From positions 11,139 through 75,138 of the forward strand of contig SCVK01000025.1 in the NCBI GenBank assembly GCA_004297075.1: a stretch of 64,000 bases of DNA, in the 5' to 3' direction. Numbering within the stretch: position 1 is the stretch's first letter; the number at the start of each line of letters is the position of its first letter. The notes below the pieces were generated by a model. It ran no database searches. It worked only from the letters and a program-made list of their open reading frames with translations, and was not told the origin of the DNA. Source of the DNA: Chitinophagaceae bacterium (GTDB taxonomy: Bacteria; Bacteroidota; Bacteroidia; Chitinophagales; Chitinophagaceae). The position numbers and the translations under genes are program-made. Shown here piece by piece: positions 31,001 through 41,220 of the stretch.

Positions 31001-31258
31001 ACCATCATTATTGGAATTGGACGTCATATAGGTCATATTTTCAACACCGTTGATCGATTCTTCCAGTGGTGTGGCCACCGAACGGGCTACTACTTCCGCA
31101 TCAGCACCGGGATAATTGGCCGTAACCTGAACACTTGGCGGTGCGATATCGGGGAACTGGGTAATCGGTAAAGAAAAAAGAGAGATCAGGCCAAGTAACA
31201 CCAACAGGATAGAGATCACAGTTGATAATACGGGCCTTTCGATAAATGTTTTTATCAT
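28094..31258 (-). CDS. HAE1-family RND efflux permease
   Basis: FPDIAPP, GIVVDDAIVVVE, AKNAILIVE, RLRPILMTS. Confidence 0.95.
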   Translation of the reverse strand: MIKTFIERPVLSTVISILLVLLGLISLFSLPITQFPDIAPPSVQVTANYPGADAEVVARSVATPLEESINGVENMTYMTSNSNNDGTMTLNVFFKSGTDPDIASVNVQNRVAKANSLIPQEVLQAGLTTQKQQNGIIMAIVLYSNDTAFTESFLQNYAKINMIPQIQRVHGVGQALIFGSKDYAMRLWLKPDRLAAYHLSAQEVLAAIREQNVEAAPGKFGEGSQESFEYVIKYKGKLNEGQQYENIILKANQDGSMIRLKDVARVEFGSFSYTASAKVDKGPSTGILIYQTAGSNANDILTEVDRILQETIKSLPKGIKTFIPYSAKEFLDASIDKVKRTLLEAFVLVFIVVFLFLQDLRSTLIPAIAVPVAILGTFFFMQLFGFTINLLTLFALILAIGIVVDDAIVVVEAVHTKMETEHLPARAATIKSMGEISGAIISITLVMAAVFVPVGFMQGPAGIFYKQFAFTLAIAILISALNALTLSPALAALFLKRNPHLADAKPEGFKAKFFHAFNTSFQHMTTRYTHSLHFLIKTKWVAITALVAITVTTIVMVKKSPSGFIPTEDQSIFLYSLNMPAGSSLERTRKVVDEADSIIRTVEGVEKVYSVAGMNIITNATSPMSGLAFVKLKKPGTRGKTEDINEILGEVNQKLSVISKANLFTFTLPTVQGFGNTNGFELLLQDRAGGKLSDLNNVTNGFIGELMKRKEIAYAFTTFNTSNPQYRVNIDEEKTKQLGVSVSELLQTLQVFYGSYMASDFNRFGKQYKVILQSDVNYRIDPSTLNNVQVKTSTGQMIPITTLISLEKVYGPETVTRNNLFNAVTVNGIPKPGFSSGEALKAVEEVAAAYLPRGYAYEWSGLTREEQQSGSQTSLIFIMSLVFVYFLLAAQYESYILPLAVILSVPTGILGVFAFINLAGIDNNIYVQVCLIMLIGLLAKNAILIVEYAVQRRHAGLSIPHAAIEAAKLRLRPILMTSFAFIAGLLPLLTAKGASAMGNRSIGTGAVGGMLTGVLLGIFIIPVLFVIFQHLQEKISRKKIVEHDNWIEERIEKK

Positions 31259-31285
31259 AAAATAGTTTGGTTGATAAGGATAGGG

Positions 31286-32422
31286 TTACAGGCTTGCACG
31301 AAGCACACTGTCTAAAGAAATAGGTTGTGGTGCGATAAAAATTCCGTCTCTCACTCTCTGTAAACCACTGAATAAAATGGTTTCTCCGCTTACAAGACCT
31401 TTGTTTACCAGGTAATTGGAACCGCTTTTCCCACTTACGAAGATTTGTTTACTGGCTACTTTATTACTATCGCCCAGGGCAAATACAAATATTTTATCCT
31501 GCACTTCATAGGTTGCTTCCTGCGGAACAATGATTTGTTCGTGCAGCATGGAGGGTATACGGATTTTTCCTGTCATACCGGAACGCAGTTGTTTATCTGC
31601 ATTATTAAAAACGGCCCTGAAACTGATGGCACCGGCATTTCGGTCAAATTGACCCTGTACCAGCTCCACCCTGCCTTTTGTTTTATAAGTCGTATTATCG
31701 GGTAATTGTAATTCTACCGGTAAAATGTTTTTTACCTTTTCCTCCGTTGTTTTGCCTTCTACTTTGGATAAAAAGGTTAAAAAATCACTTTCACTCATAG
31801 AAAAATAAGCATGCACATTATTCACCTCCGAAAGAACCGTTAATGGTATTATATCGGTTTTGCTTACCACAGTTCCTTTTTTGAAAGGGATATGACCAAT
31901 ATAACCGTTTACGGGAGCTTTGATCAATGTGTACCCAACAGTAATATCTGCACTTCCCTTTGAGGATACCGCCTGTGCAAGAGCCGCTTTGGATGCAGCC
32001 AGGTTTGCCAGAGCGGTTTTTAATTGTACATCGGCAACCACTTTATTATCTACAAGTGGTTTAATACGGTCCACTTCAACCTGCGCCCTTTCCATATTGG
32101 CTTTTGCCAGCTGTATAGAGGCTCCGGCATTGTTTGCATACTCTTTGTATTCGCTACTATTGATGCTGAATAAAGGTTGCCCCTGTAATACATAAGCCCC
32201 TTCTTCCACATATATTTTTTCCAGATAACCGTTCACCTGCGAACGGATTTCAACATTCACGGTTCCCTCAAGAGATGCAGGATATTCCTGCCAGATGGTG
32301 GCAGAACCGGTGTTCAGTTTAATAACGGGTAAAGCTTGTGGTGGCGGCGGTGTTTGGTTCAACTGGTTGCCGGCGCAGGCAACTAAAACTAAAAAAACGC
32401 CTGGGTAGATGATTTTTTTCAT
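31286..32422 (-). CDS. RND membrane fusion protein
   Basis: Lipobox LVAC, VEIRSQVNGYL, IKAPVNG. Confidence 0.92.
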   Translation of the reverse strand: MKKIIYPGVFLVLVACAGNQLNQTPPPPQALPVIKLNTGSATIWQEYPASLEGTVNVEIRSQVNGYLEKIYVEEGAYVLQGQPLFSINSSEYKEYANNAGASIQLAKANMERAQVEVDRIKPLVDNKVVADVQLKTALANLAASKAALAQAVSSKGSADITVGYTLIKAPVNGYIGHIPFKKGTVVSKTDIIPLTVLSEVNNVHAYFSMSESDFLTFLSKVEGKTTEEKVKNILPVELQLPDNTTYKTKGRVELVQGQFDRNAGAISFRAVFNNADKQLRSGMTGKIRIPSMLHEQIIVPQEATYEVQDKIFVFALGDSNKVASKQIFVSGKSGSNYLVNKGLVSGETILFSGLQRVRDGIFIAPQPISLDSVLRASL

Positions 32423-32438
32423 AACGTAATTAAATTGT

Positions 32439-32566
32439 TTAACAGTGTTAAGGTTTAAGGATTAAAAAAACAGCTTTGCTACTGCTTTCTATAGGGTGAA
32501 TATTGGATTTTAAAATGGGCGGCTAATTATTAATAAAAACATAATTAAATAATCTAACAGTGTTAA
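32439..32566. promoter_or_regulatory. Two TetR operators (TTAACAGTGTTAA)
   Basis: ttaacagtgttaa at 32439-32451 and ctaacagtgttaa at 32554-32566; a third copy lies upstream of tetR. Confidence 0.75.
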
Positions 32567-32589
32567 CTTTTGAATAAATAAAAAACCGC

Positions 32590-33192
32590 TTATTTCATTG
32601 AGTTAATAATTCCGGATATCGCATCTTTTAAAACTTGTTTATTGATTTCATCGCTTGCCTGGCGGGTCTGGCGTGTCATATTAATCGATATCAACCCATG
32701 TACAACCGACCAGAACGTATAATACTTGGTACAGATATAGTCCTCTGTACGGTTTTCTTCAGGAACCAGCTCGGTAATTTTATCCCAGATCAGGTTGGAA
32801 GGTCCTTGTATGTCCGGGCAGCTATTTTCAAACACACAACAGTTCATTTCAACGCCATACATAACCTGGTACAATTCCTTATTGGCAAAGGCAAAATTCC
32901 AGTAAGCCAGCCACATGGCTTCCAATTGCGCCGAGGGGTCTGAAAAAGCCTTGCTTGCTCCATCCATTTCCAGGGCCAACTTTACAAAACCCTGCCGCGT
33001 AAGTTCATTAAGAATAGCATCCTTATTGGCAAAATATTCATAAATGATAGGGGCTGTATATTCAATCCTGTCTGCAATCTTACGCATACTAAGCGATTGC
33101 CAACCTTCCTCCTTTACAATATCAAGCGAAGCTTCAAGGATCCGGATCCTTGTTTCTTCTTTCAATCTTTGTATTCTTTCTTTGCTGGCCAT
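32590..33192 (-). CDS. TetR family regulator
   Basis: SLSMRKIADRIEYTAPIIYEYFANK HTH. Start at 33192 (MASKER). Confidence 0.92.
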   Translation of the reverse strand: MASKERIQRLKEETRIRILEASLDIVKEEGWQSLSMRKIADRIEYTAPIIYEYFANKDAILNELTRQGFVKLALEMDGASKAFSDPSAQLEAMWLAYWNFAFANKELYQVMYGVEMNCCVFENSCPDIQGPSNLIWDKITELVPEENRTEDYICTKYYTFWSVVHGLISINMTRQTRQASDEINKQVLKDAISGIINSMK

Positions 33193-33218
33193 TGTAAGCA
33201 ATAACAATAGTTAAATAA

Positions 33219-33233
33219 TTTAACACTGTTAAA
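33219..33233. promoter_or_regulatory. TetR autoregulatory operator
   Basis: tttaacactgttaaa palindrome matching the 32439 and 32554 sites. Confidence 0.75.
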
Positions 33234-33313
33234 CAAAAATAAAGGACTTTTTACCAATACGCCAAATTTTTTATCAAAAACCGGGATTACCAGAAAATCC
33301 ATCTCAAATACTA

Positions 33314-34459
33314 TTATTGGTCTGTTCGTTTATTGGGCAGGCGGACTTTTCTTTTTCTACCCCACCAGATCAAAAAGCCGGTTACGGGTAAACTGGCGCA
33401 TATAAGACTGGCTGTGAATGCAATAATCTTCCCTGTGAAACCAAAAGCGGCCCCCACATGGATATCATAATTCATGCGGTAAATTTTTTCTCCCGTGGTA
33501 GCAGGCGCGGGTATGCTGGTTGGAAGTTCTTTCGCTGTATATCGGTCAAAATACCGGAAGATCCTTTTGTAATATGTTTTCTTATCCGGGTTATACGTTA
33601 CAGCCACCGGGTCTGCTGTTTTGCCTGGAAAACTGATCTGCAACAAACCTGTAATAGGTGCATATTCCTGCATCGCCAGTTGCCAGATGCTATCTTCGGT
33701 GTTTTGCACCAGAGTGGGTAGTATATAGGCAGTATCTGATAATGGTTTTTTGGTTGCGGGTAATGTCTTCCCTCCGGTTACCAGATAATGATAAGATCTG
33801 GCAAACCACTTAAATCCAAACACCAGTCCGGTAACAGCGATCACAAAAGCCAGCAGCAGCACATAAAACCCCAACACGTTGTGCAGGTCATAATTCAACC
33901 GCTTGAACCGGGCTTTCCAGTTGATACCGAAACTGTTTTTCCTTGTTGTGCGGTTCCATTTTTTGGGCCACCACATAATGATCCCACTGATGAGCAGGAA
34001 TACAAAGATCAATACTGTAACCGATACCACCGGCTGCCCGATTTTGGGAGGCAACCAGAGATAAAAATGACCGGCCAGTACGATCCGGAAAAAATCCCTG
34101 TCACGGATTTTTTCCCGGATAAAATCCCCGGTATACGGATTCAGGTATACGTATGTAAATCCCTGCGATTTTTTGGTATAGGTAACCGCCGCAGCTTCAC
34201 CCGGTCTGCCGTATTGCACACCGGTTGCCCTAACTCCCGTTCGTTTCTCAGCAATAGAACGTAACACCGATGGCGGCAGCAAGGGTTTATTTTCGACAGT
34301 AACAAAACGGTAAGGTTCGGTGATATCCCGCAGGTCGCGCTCAAATACGTACAAACATCCTGTGATACTGATAATCACCACCAGTATGCCTGTGATCAGG
34401 CCCAGCCACAAATGCAACCAATCGCTGATCCGTCTTATCCGTGATTTTCTGTTTACCAT
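33314..34459 (-). CDS. PepSY-associated TM helix protein (iron-uptake associated)
   Basis: LHLWLGL, GHFYLWL, YDLHNVLG and YDIHVG motifs. Confidence 0.88.
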   Translation of the reverse strand: MVNRKSRIRRISDWLHLWLGLITGILVVIISITGCLYVFERDLRDITEPYRFVTVENKPLLPPSVLRSIAEKRTGVRATGVQYGRPGEAAAVTYTKKSQGFTYVYLNPYTGDFIREKIRDRDFFRIVLAGHFYLWLPPKIGQPVVSVTVLIFVFLLISGIIMWWPKKWNRTTRKNSFGINWKARFKRLNYDLHNVLGFYVLLLAFVIAVTGLVFGFKWFARSYHYLVTGGKTLPATKKPLSDTAYILPTLVQNTEDSIWQLAMQEYAPITGLLQISFPGKTADPVAVTYNPDKKTYYKRIFRYFDRYTAKELPTSIPAPATTGEKIYRMNYDIHVGAAFGFTGKIIAFTASLICASLPVTGFLIWWGRKRKVRLPNKRTDQ

Positions 34460-36834
34460 TTGAAAGCAAGATTTAGGGCGAAACGTCTTGGCATCTGTGG
34501 TTCAACGGTTGTCCAGCCACTCCAGTACTGCTGATTGGCGAGATTATCCAGTTTAACACCGATCCGGAAGGCAGGCTGATCAAAGAATACCGTTGCATTC
34601 ATGACCGTATAGGCTGGTAGTATAAACTGGCCGGTTACAAGACTATTGGTAATGATATTTTCACTGGCATAATTTCCGCCGAAACCAATACCCACTCCTT
34701 TTAGTTTTCCCTTACCGGCTTTGTAACTCAACCACACATTAGCCAGGTGTTTGGGTCCGGAAGAAACCGGGCGCAGGCCGTTGGTATTTTTTTCTGTCTG
34801 ATCATTTACTGCATGGTTATAACTGTAACCGGCCACGATGTTACAATCGGTAAATAAAGCAGCTACCAGATCCGCTTCAAATCCTTTGCTGGAGATATTG
34901 CCATCCTGCACGGTAAACCCTGTAAATGTGGGATGCGGACGGGTTACATTACGCACATAGATATCGTAGTAAGTAATGGTTCCCGTAATCTTGCCTCCCA
35001 GCATTTCAGTTTTAATACCCGCTTCCCACTGGTTGGCCTGCTGTGGTTTAAAGATGCTTACAGTTCCGTCGGCCTGTGTTACAGGTGCCAGGTTCTGGAA
35101 ACCATTCATATAATTGGCGAACAAAGACATATGTCTTGGAATCAGTTCATAGGTAATCCCGAATTTGGGAGAGAACGCAGTTTGCGCATACGCGCCGGTG
35201 GTAAGGTTGGTCCGCTGGTTATAACTGCCACGGTTATCAAACCTGTCTACCCGCAAACTCGCCATAATATGCAGTTGCGTTGTCAGATCCAACACATCAG
35301 ATGCATACATACTGTAGCTGTTGGTGATAGCAGTGGTTTTAGTAGGCACGCCCCCATTCAGCCTCGCATCTACTGCGGCCTTTGTCAGGTTGGTGTATTT
35401 GACATCGTTGCGGATATACTGTACTGTATCAAAACTGACATAAGCACTGCTGGCATTATTCAGCTGTGAGGATAAAAAATCAACACCAATTACAACCCGG
35501 TTCCGTTTACCACCGATCAGAAAATCACCGATAAAATTCTGCTGAAGATCGGTGAGTATGCTGTAGGAATTCTGGTTACTGATCAACCGACTCAATGAGC
35601 TATCGCCGGGCAAAATACTCAGGTAAGAGTAATAACCATCCGATTTCCGGTTGCTACGTGATAAAAGGGTTTGTGATACCCAGTTTTTGCCCAGTTGGTA
35701 TCTGACCGCCGCTTCAAGGTTCATCACCGGCGTTTTAATGGTGATATCGTTGCTGGTGAAAGACCTTGAAAAATCGATCCGCATATCCTGCGGACGGGTA
35801 ACTTTCAATGCAGCTGTCCGGGTAAGGAATAACATTTCGGCATTGGTAGCTTCAGCTGAATAAATGCCAGCCTGCAGATCAAAAGTTAATCCGGGCGATA
35901 CCTTGTAAGTAAGTGCCGGTGCCAGGAAAAAGGATTTTTTAAACCCTGCATCCTGCCAGCTGTTTTCGTAATGATACGCTGCATTGGTACGAAGCAATAA
36001 TCTTCCGGCAGAATCAAGCGGCGTATTGATGTCGGCAGTAAGTCTTGTTAAACCATAACTGCCGCCTGTAATAGATAGTTCGCCGCCGGGAATTACCTGC
36101 GGACGTTTGGTAACGGTATTAATGAGTCCGCCAAAAGACACCAGGCTGCTGCCGAATAAAGTACCCGACGGACCTTTGATCACTTCGATCCTTTCCATAT
36201 TGGCAGGGTCAGGACTACCGTTGCTGGCACCTGCCACACCATTCACTATCCTTGCCTGTAAAGAGAACCCGCGTAAAGAATAATAGCTGCCACCATCATT
36301 ACCCCTTCCGGTAGACGACCATAAACGATTAATCCCGGGCGCATTTTTCAATGCATCATCAAAACTGGTTACTACCTGTTCTTTTAACAAAGCAGCCGGT
36401 ACCACACTATATACCTGCGGATTTTCCAGATTCTTTAAAGGCATCTTCGCTACCATTGCTGATTGCCGGTTGGCAAAACGGAGTCCGTTTTTTACCAGCA
36501 CTTCTTCCAGCTGGCGTACTGTTACAGCCAATGGTATGGTTACTATTGTTTCTTTACCGGCCACTACCGCGATTTTTTCTGTTACCGGAATATAACCCAG
36601 TAATGAGAATTCAAGCGTATACTCGCCAGCCGCCAGTTTTGTAAAAATGAAAATACCTTCCTCATCTGTGAGTGTGGTTTTGTTAAGTGTAGTTATCTTC
36701 ACAACTACACCCGCTGCCTGCAGCTGGTCCTGTGTAATTACTTTCCCTTTAATAGTTCCGGTTTTGGGATCCGCTGCGCTTCCATATGCGAATACACTGA
36801 TCAACAGTGCTAAAAAAAATCCGATGTTTTTCAT
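34453..36834 (-). CDS. TonB-dependent siderophore-type receptor
   Basis: Signal peptide, carboxypeptidase-regulatory-like N-domain, ERIEVIKGPSGTLFG plug motif, C-terminal aromatic residue. Confidence 0.9.
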   Translation of the reverse strand: MKNIGFFLALLISVFAYGSAADPKTGTIKGKVITQDQLQAAGVVVKITTLNKTTLTDEEGIFIFTKLAAGEYTLEFSLLGYIPVTEKIAVVAGKETIVTIPLAVTVRQLEEVLVKNGLRFANRQSAMVAKMPLKNLENPQVYSVVPAALLKEQVVTSFDDALKNAPGINRLWSSTGRGNDGGSYYSLRGFSLQARIVNGVAGASNGSPDPANMERIEVIKGPSGTLFGSSLVSFGGLINTVTKRPQVIPGGELSITGGSYGLTRLTADINTPLDSAGRLLLRTNAAYHYENSWQDAGFKKSFFLAPALTYKVSPGLTFDLQAGIYSAEATNAEMLFLTRTAALKVTRPQDMRIDFSRSFTSNDITIKTPVMNLEAAVRYQLGKNWVSQTLLSRSNRKSDGYYSYLSILPGDSSLSRLISNQNSYSILTDLQQNFIGDFLIGGKRNRVVIGVDFLSSQLNNASSAYVSFDTVQYIRNDVKYTNLTKAAVDARLNGGVPTKTTAITNSYSMYASDVLDLTTQLHIMASLRVDRFDNRGSYNQRTNLTTGAYAQTAFSPKFGITYELIPRHMSLFANYMNGFQNLAPVTQADGTVSIFKPQQANQWEAGIKTEMLGGKITGTITYYDIYVRNVTRPHPTFTGFTVQDGNISSKGFEADLVAALFTDCNIVAGYSYNHAVNDQTEKNTNGLRPVSSGPKHLANVWLSYKAGKGKLKGVGIGFGGNYASENIITNSLVTGQFILPAYTVMNATVFFDQPAFRIGVKLDNLANQQYWSGWTTVEPQMPRRFALNLAFKW

Positions 36835-37087
36835 AAACAGTTTTATTTGTGCGCAAAACTGTTGCTAATCAAAACACAAATACTGCCGCATCGGGAAAAC
36901 CTGTTTACGCAAACGGGAAAGAGATTGTCTTTTACTTTTTAGCGGTATTGCAGTTGCATTCACCGATATTTCCGGATTTTGATAACAGGCAATGAATCGG
37001 CTGGTATGAAATAGTACGCGGTCTGTCTGTACATTGATGAAGAAGAAATATCTTTATGCATCATCTCGCCACTATAACCCTTTCAAT

Positions 37088-37999
37088 ATGCAAATAAAAC
37101 ATTGGTCAATTGCACTCTTCTTATCGTTGTCCGGCATCTTATCTGCTGCAAAAAGTGCTGCACAGCATTTTGTAGCAGGCACTTATAATATCCGCTACGC
37201 TAATGCCGGCGATAGTGTAAACGGCAATGGCTGGGCACAACGTTACCCGGTAATCGTATCCATGATCCGTTTTCACAATATGGAGATCTTTGGCATACAG
37301 GAAGGACTGCACCACCAGTTAGAAACCCTGCAACAAAACCTGCCCGGCTATGCATATACCGGTGTGGGCAGAGATGATGGAGAACAGAAAGGAGAATATG
37401 CCGCCATCTTTTATGACACCAACAAATTTGATCTGCTGGAAAAAGGAAATTTCTGGCTCTCTCCCATTACCGACCGGCCTAACAAGGGATGGGATGCCGC
37501 TTTGCCAAGGATCTGCTCCTGGGGTAAATTCCGGGAGAAAAAAACCAGATTCGTTTTCTATTTCTATAACCTGCACATGGACCATATCGGCGTACAGGCC
37601 CGTGCCGAAAGCGCCAAACTGGTGATGCAGAAAATGCGGGAACTGCCGGCCAATATGCCGCTGATACTTACCGGAGATTTTAACGTGGATCAGTTCAATG
37701 AAAGTTATACCCTCCTCAACAATTCCGGCCTGTTACGCGATGCTTATGAACTGGCACCTATCCGCTTAGCTACCAATGGAACCTTCAATAACTTCAATGC
37801 CGATGCACAAACAGACAGCCGGATTGATCATATTTTCGTCAATCAATTCTTTCATGTAAAAAGATACGGTATACTCACAGACACCTATCGTGGTAAAAGA
37901 ACCGAGAAAGAATTAGTTAACAATAAAGCACCTTATATCGCAAGGGTACCTTCTGATCATTTTCCGGTAGTGGTGGAACTGGATGATCAAAAAAAATAA
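37088..37999 (+). CDS. Endonuclease/exonuclease/phosphatase family protein, exported
   Basis: TYNIRY, GIQEG, LTGDFN, IDHIF and PSDHFPV motifs. Confidence 0.88.
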   Translation: MQIKHWSIALFLSLSGILSAAKSAAQHFVAGTYNIRYANAGDSVNGNGWAQRYPVIVSMIRFHNMEIFGIQEGLHHQLETLQQNLPGYAYTGVGRDDGEQKGEYAAIFYDTNKFDLLEKGNFWLSPITDRPNKGWDAALPRICSWGKFREKKTRFVFYFYNLHMDHIGVQARAESAKLVMQKMRELPANMPLILTGDFNVDQFNESYTLLNNSGLLRDAYELAPIRLATNGTFNNFNADAQTDSRIDHIFVNQFFHVKRYGILTDTYRGKRTEKELVNNKAPYIARVPSDHFPVVVELDDQKK

Positions 38000-38044
38000 A
38001 TCGATTCAGACAGCTTTTTAATCCCGTTATACAACCTTTATCCC

Positions 38045-38875
38045 GTGCCCAAAAACGAAGCACTACAACCGGCAGGCATTTCAGCCTTTTGGAAACCGAT
38101 ACTCTTCATGCTGGTTTTTACCGGTCTACTATTTCTCTGTGGCAATGCCCGCTCCCTGTTTTCGCCCGCGTACAGCTTTTTGGCTTATGGCATACTGGGT
38201 TCGCTGGCCGGCCTGGTAACAGCAAGGTTCTTTCAACGGAACAAACAGCCCTCTTTTGCTTCCATGGGACTGAGCTGGGAAAAGAAAACCTTGTTCAGGT
38301 TTGTATTGGGTTCGCTGATAGGGGTGGTTATTTTTGCCATCATCCTTTTTGTGCTACTGCAATTCAGTGAGTTAACCATCCGGTATCAGCCGCAATCGTC
38401 TCCTGCTGATTATATGTTCCTATATCTACCCATACTGCCATTGGCTTTGATGGAAGAGATCGGGTTCAGGTCTTACCCGCAACAAAAATTATATCAGGCT
38501 TACGGCCCATGGATCAGCCAGTTGGTGATCGCAGTTGCTTTCGGACTGTATCATGTATTAAATGGATGGAGCCTGCTCAGTTCTTTTGCGGGACCTTTTG
38601 TGTGGGCTTTCGTATTCGGATTGGCTGCCATCTGGTCGCGCGGTATTGCCGTACCTACCGGCATTCACTTTACACTCAATATGCTGCAAACAATCACAGG
38701 CATGAAAGGAAGCAAAGGCGCTGTCTGGATCCTGGATTATCCGCCGGGCACCAACCCCGTATTATTGGAAAGAACCGATAAGATCGGATTGATGATACAA
38801 GTGGCGGTATTGATTACTGCCTTATTGGCCACTTACTGGTATGTACGTAAAAAAAGGGAACGGTCCATTAAATAA
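38045..38875 (+). CDS. CPBP (Abi/CAAX) intramembrane glutamic endopeptidase
   Basis: MEEIGFR, FGLYH and IHFTLN motifs. Confidence 0.85.
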   Translation: MPKNEALQPAGISAFWKPILFMLVFTGLLFLCGNARSLFSPAYSFLAYGILGSLAGLVTARFFQRNKQPSFASMGLSWEKKTLFRFVLGSLIGVVIFAIILFVLLQFSELTIRYQPQSSPADYMFLYLPILPLALMEEIGFRSYPQQKLYQAYGPWISQLVIAVAFGLYHVLNGWSLLSSFAGPFVWAFVFGLAAIWSRGIAVPTGIHFTLNMLQTITGMKGSKGAVWILDYPPGTNPVLLERTDKIGLMIQVAVLITALLATYWYVRKKRERSIK

Positions 38876-38892
38876 AAACAAGAAAGTGCCGA

Positions 38893-39936
38893 TCAGAAAA
38901 CAGGATCCAGCCGAACATATTGAATCTGCTTCCGCTGGTTGGTATAGCTGATATGAACAACTCCATCCCTGTCCTGAATGATAGCAGGATAACTGTATTC
39001 ACCGCTCGTATGGTCCTCCAGTGTACAGATCTCTTTCCAGTTGCGCCCGTCGGAAGAAATAGCCACTTTTAAAACCGATCTTCCCTCCCACCATTCTTTA
39101 CCTGCGCTGAGGGGATTATATACCAATAACTGTCTCCTATCCCGTAAACTAACCGCATCAATCCCCGAATTGGGATTGGGCAAAGCAATGGGTTGCATGG
39201 CCCCCCATGTTTTACCGCCATCTTCCGACCAACTTTCTGTGATCACATTCTGGCGGCTACGGCAGAGGATCTGCAGTTTCCCTTGCGGGTGTTGCAGGAT
39301 AGTGGGTTGTATCACACCATATTTATCTCCAGGAACGGCATACGCTTTCCAATTGGTCAACGATTCACCAGAGATCTCCATATGCACTTCCCATTTACCG
39401 TCCAGACTTTCTGTACTGGATGGATAGAGTATTTCGCCTGATGGCAGTTGAATAGGTTTATTGCGGATAGGACCCAGCATTCCCTGCGGTAATCGAATGG
39501 GTTCCGACCATGATTTGCCATTGTCGGCAGATCGGATATACAGCGCCCACCATTCGCGCGGATTGGGGCCCACTTTGTAATGCAGATACAACATCCCATT
39601 GCGGGCTTTGAACAAAACGGGGTTCCAGCAGGGAAACTGTTTACCATCGGCCTGTTTGCCGGTAACCAGCAATTGGGGCCGGCTCCATTTTCCCTGCTGT
39701 AAAAAAGCTCCCCAGATACAGACATCATTCTTACCCTCGGCACTGCCACCAAACCAGGCACTCATCAGCACCCCCTTCTCCAGCGATACCAAAGTGGATG
39801 CGTGACAGGATACAAACAAGTCAGTTGAATCAAAAACTGCACTACGCTGTGTGATACGGAAAGTACCGGGCTGCGCTATTACCTGTGTTGTATTACAGCA
39901 AAACAGAAGAACCAACAAGAGGATGGATCGCATCAT
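38893..39936 (-). CDS. BNR/Asp-box sialidase-like protein
   Basis: Asp boxes SADNGKSW, SEDGGKTW, SSDGRNW; LGPIRNKP; YSYPA. Confidence 0.85.
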   Translation of the reverse strand: MMRSILLLVLLFCCNTTQVIAQPGTFRITQRSAVFDSTDLFVSCHASTLVSLEKGVLMSAWFGGSAEGKNDVCIWGAFLQQGKWSRPQLLVTGKQADGKQFPCWNPVLFKARNGMLYLHYKVGPNPREWWALYIRSADNGKSWSEPIRLPQGMLGPIRNKPIQLPSGEILYPSSTESLDGKWEVHMEISGESLTNWKAYAVPGDKYGVIQPTILQHPQGKLQILCRSRQNVITESWSEDGGKTWGAMQPIALPNPNSGIDAVSLRDRRQLLVYNPLSAGKEWWEGRSVLKVAISSDGRNWKEICTLEDHTSGEYSYPAIIQDRDGVVHISYTNQRKQIQYVRLDPVF

Positions 39937-39957
39937 ACAATATCAGCTGTTTACCAA

Positions 39958-41016
39958 CTATTGTTTTAAACTGGCCATATCAATTACAAAACGGTAACGC
40001 ACATCACTTTTCAGCATTCTTTCATAGGCTTCATTGATATCCTGCATGTTGATGATCTCTATATCCGAAACAATATTGTGTTCACCACAAAAATCCAGCA
40101 TTTCCTGTGTTTCTGCAATGCCGCCGATCAGGGATCCGGCTACGGCTTTTCTTCCGAGAATCATGGGAACCGTATTCAGTATCGGTTCCAGTCCGCCTAA
40201 ATACCCCACCAACACCAATGTGCCGCTGATATTCAAGGTAGCCACATAGGGATTTACATCGTGTACATAGGGAACCGTATCAATGATCAGGTCAAACTTA
40301 CCTTTTACTTTACTCATCTGATCTGCATCTGTAGAAATCACCACCGCATCGGCTCCCAATCGGATGGCATCTTTTTCTTTGCCCGGTGTTCGGGAGAACA
40401 GGGTTACTTCTGCACCGAGACCTTTGGCGAGTTTAATGGCCATATGGCCCAATCCACCCAAACCTACAATAGCCACTTTACTACCCTTACCCACTTTCCA
40501 GTGGCGCAATGGCGACCAGGTAGTGATACCGGCGCATAATAAAGGAGCCGTAGCAGCCAGGTCCAGGTTGGCGGGCACTTTCAGCACAAAATGTTCATCC
40601 ACTACAATACGTTCAGAATAACCACCAAAGGTTTGTGTGCCGGAATGTTTGTCCTTGCCATTGTAGGTGCCTACAAAACCGTTTAAACAGTATTGTTCCA
40701 GATCATGCTGGCAGCTATCGCAGGTACCACAAGAGCCTACCAGACAGCCCACAGCGGCAAAATCGCCAACTTTCAGTTTGGTTACTTCGGCACCTACTTT
40801 GGTTACTTTCCCTACAATTTCATGACCAGGTACAGCAGGGTAAATGGTTCCACCCCAATCGTTGCGGGCGGTGTGCAGGTCTGAATGACAAACCCCGCAA
40901 TACAGGATCTCGATTTCAATATCTTTCGGCGTAACCGTTCTGCGCTCAATCTGCATTTGTTGTAAAGCCGCTTCGGGCGAGGCCGTTCCGAATGCTTTGG
41001 TGTTAGGTGTTCCCAT
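39958..41016 (-). CDS. Zn-dependent NAD(P) alcohol dehydrogenase (cinnamyl-ADH type)
   Basis: CGVCHSD, GHEIVG, structural Zn cysteines, GLGGLG. Start at 41016. Confidence 0.93.
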   Translation of the reverse strand: MGTPNTKAFGTASPEAALQQMQIERRTVTPKDIEIEILYCGVCHSDLHTARNDWGGTIYPAVPGHEIVGKVTKVGAEVTKLKVGDFAAVGCLVGSCGTCDSCQHDLEQYCLNGFVGTYNGKDKHSGTQTFGGYSERIVVDEHFVLKVPANLDLAATAPLLCAGITTWSPLRHWKVGKGSKVAIVGLGGLGHMAIKLAKGLGAEVTLFSRTPGKEKDAIRLGADAVVISTDADQMSKVKGKFDLIIDTVPYVHDVNPYVATLNISGTLVLVGYLGGLEPILNTVPMILGRKAVAGSLIGGIAETQEMLDFCGEHNIVSDIEIINMQDINEAYERMLKSDVRYRFVIDMASLKQ

Positions 41017-41220
41017 TTGTATAGTTTTTAAAGGCTGATGTATAAATGAAACGCGCACCTGCGTTTTACACTGCACGGATAAAGTTGATTGGTTCAAGTT
41101 ACACCATTCTTCTCTCCCACTTTTTTCATTACGCATTCAAAGGTATAACAGTCTGCTCCGGTAGCTTAATAAATTACAAGCAGATTCTTACACTTTTCAA
41201 ACATCCGGCTCCTTAACCGG

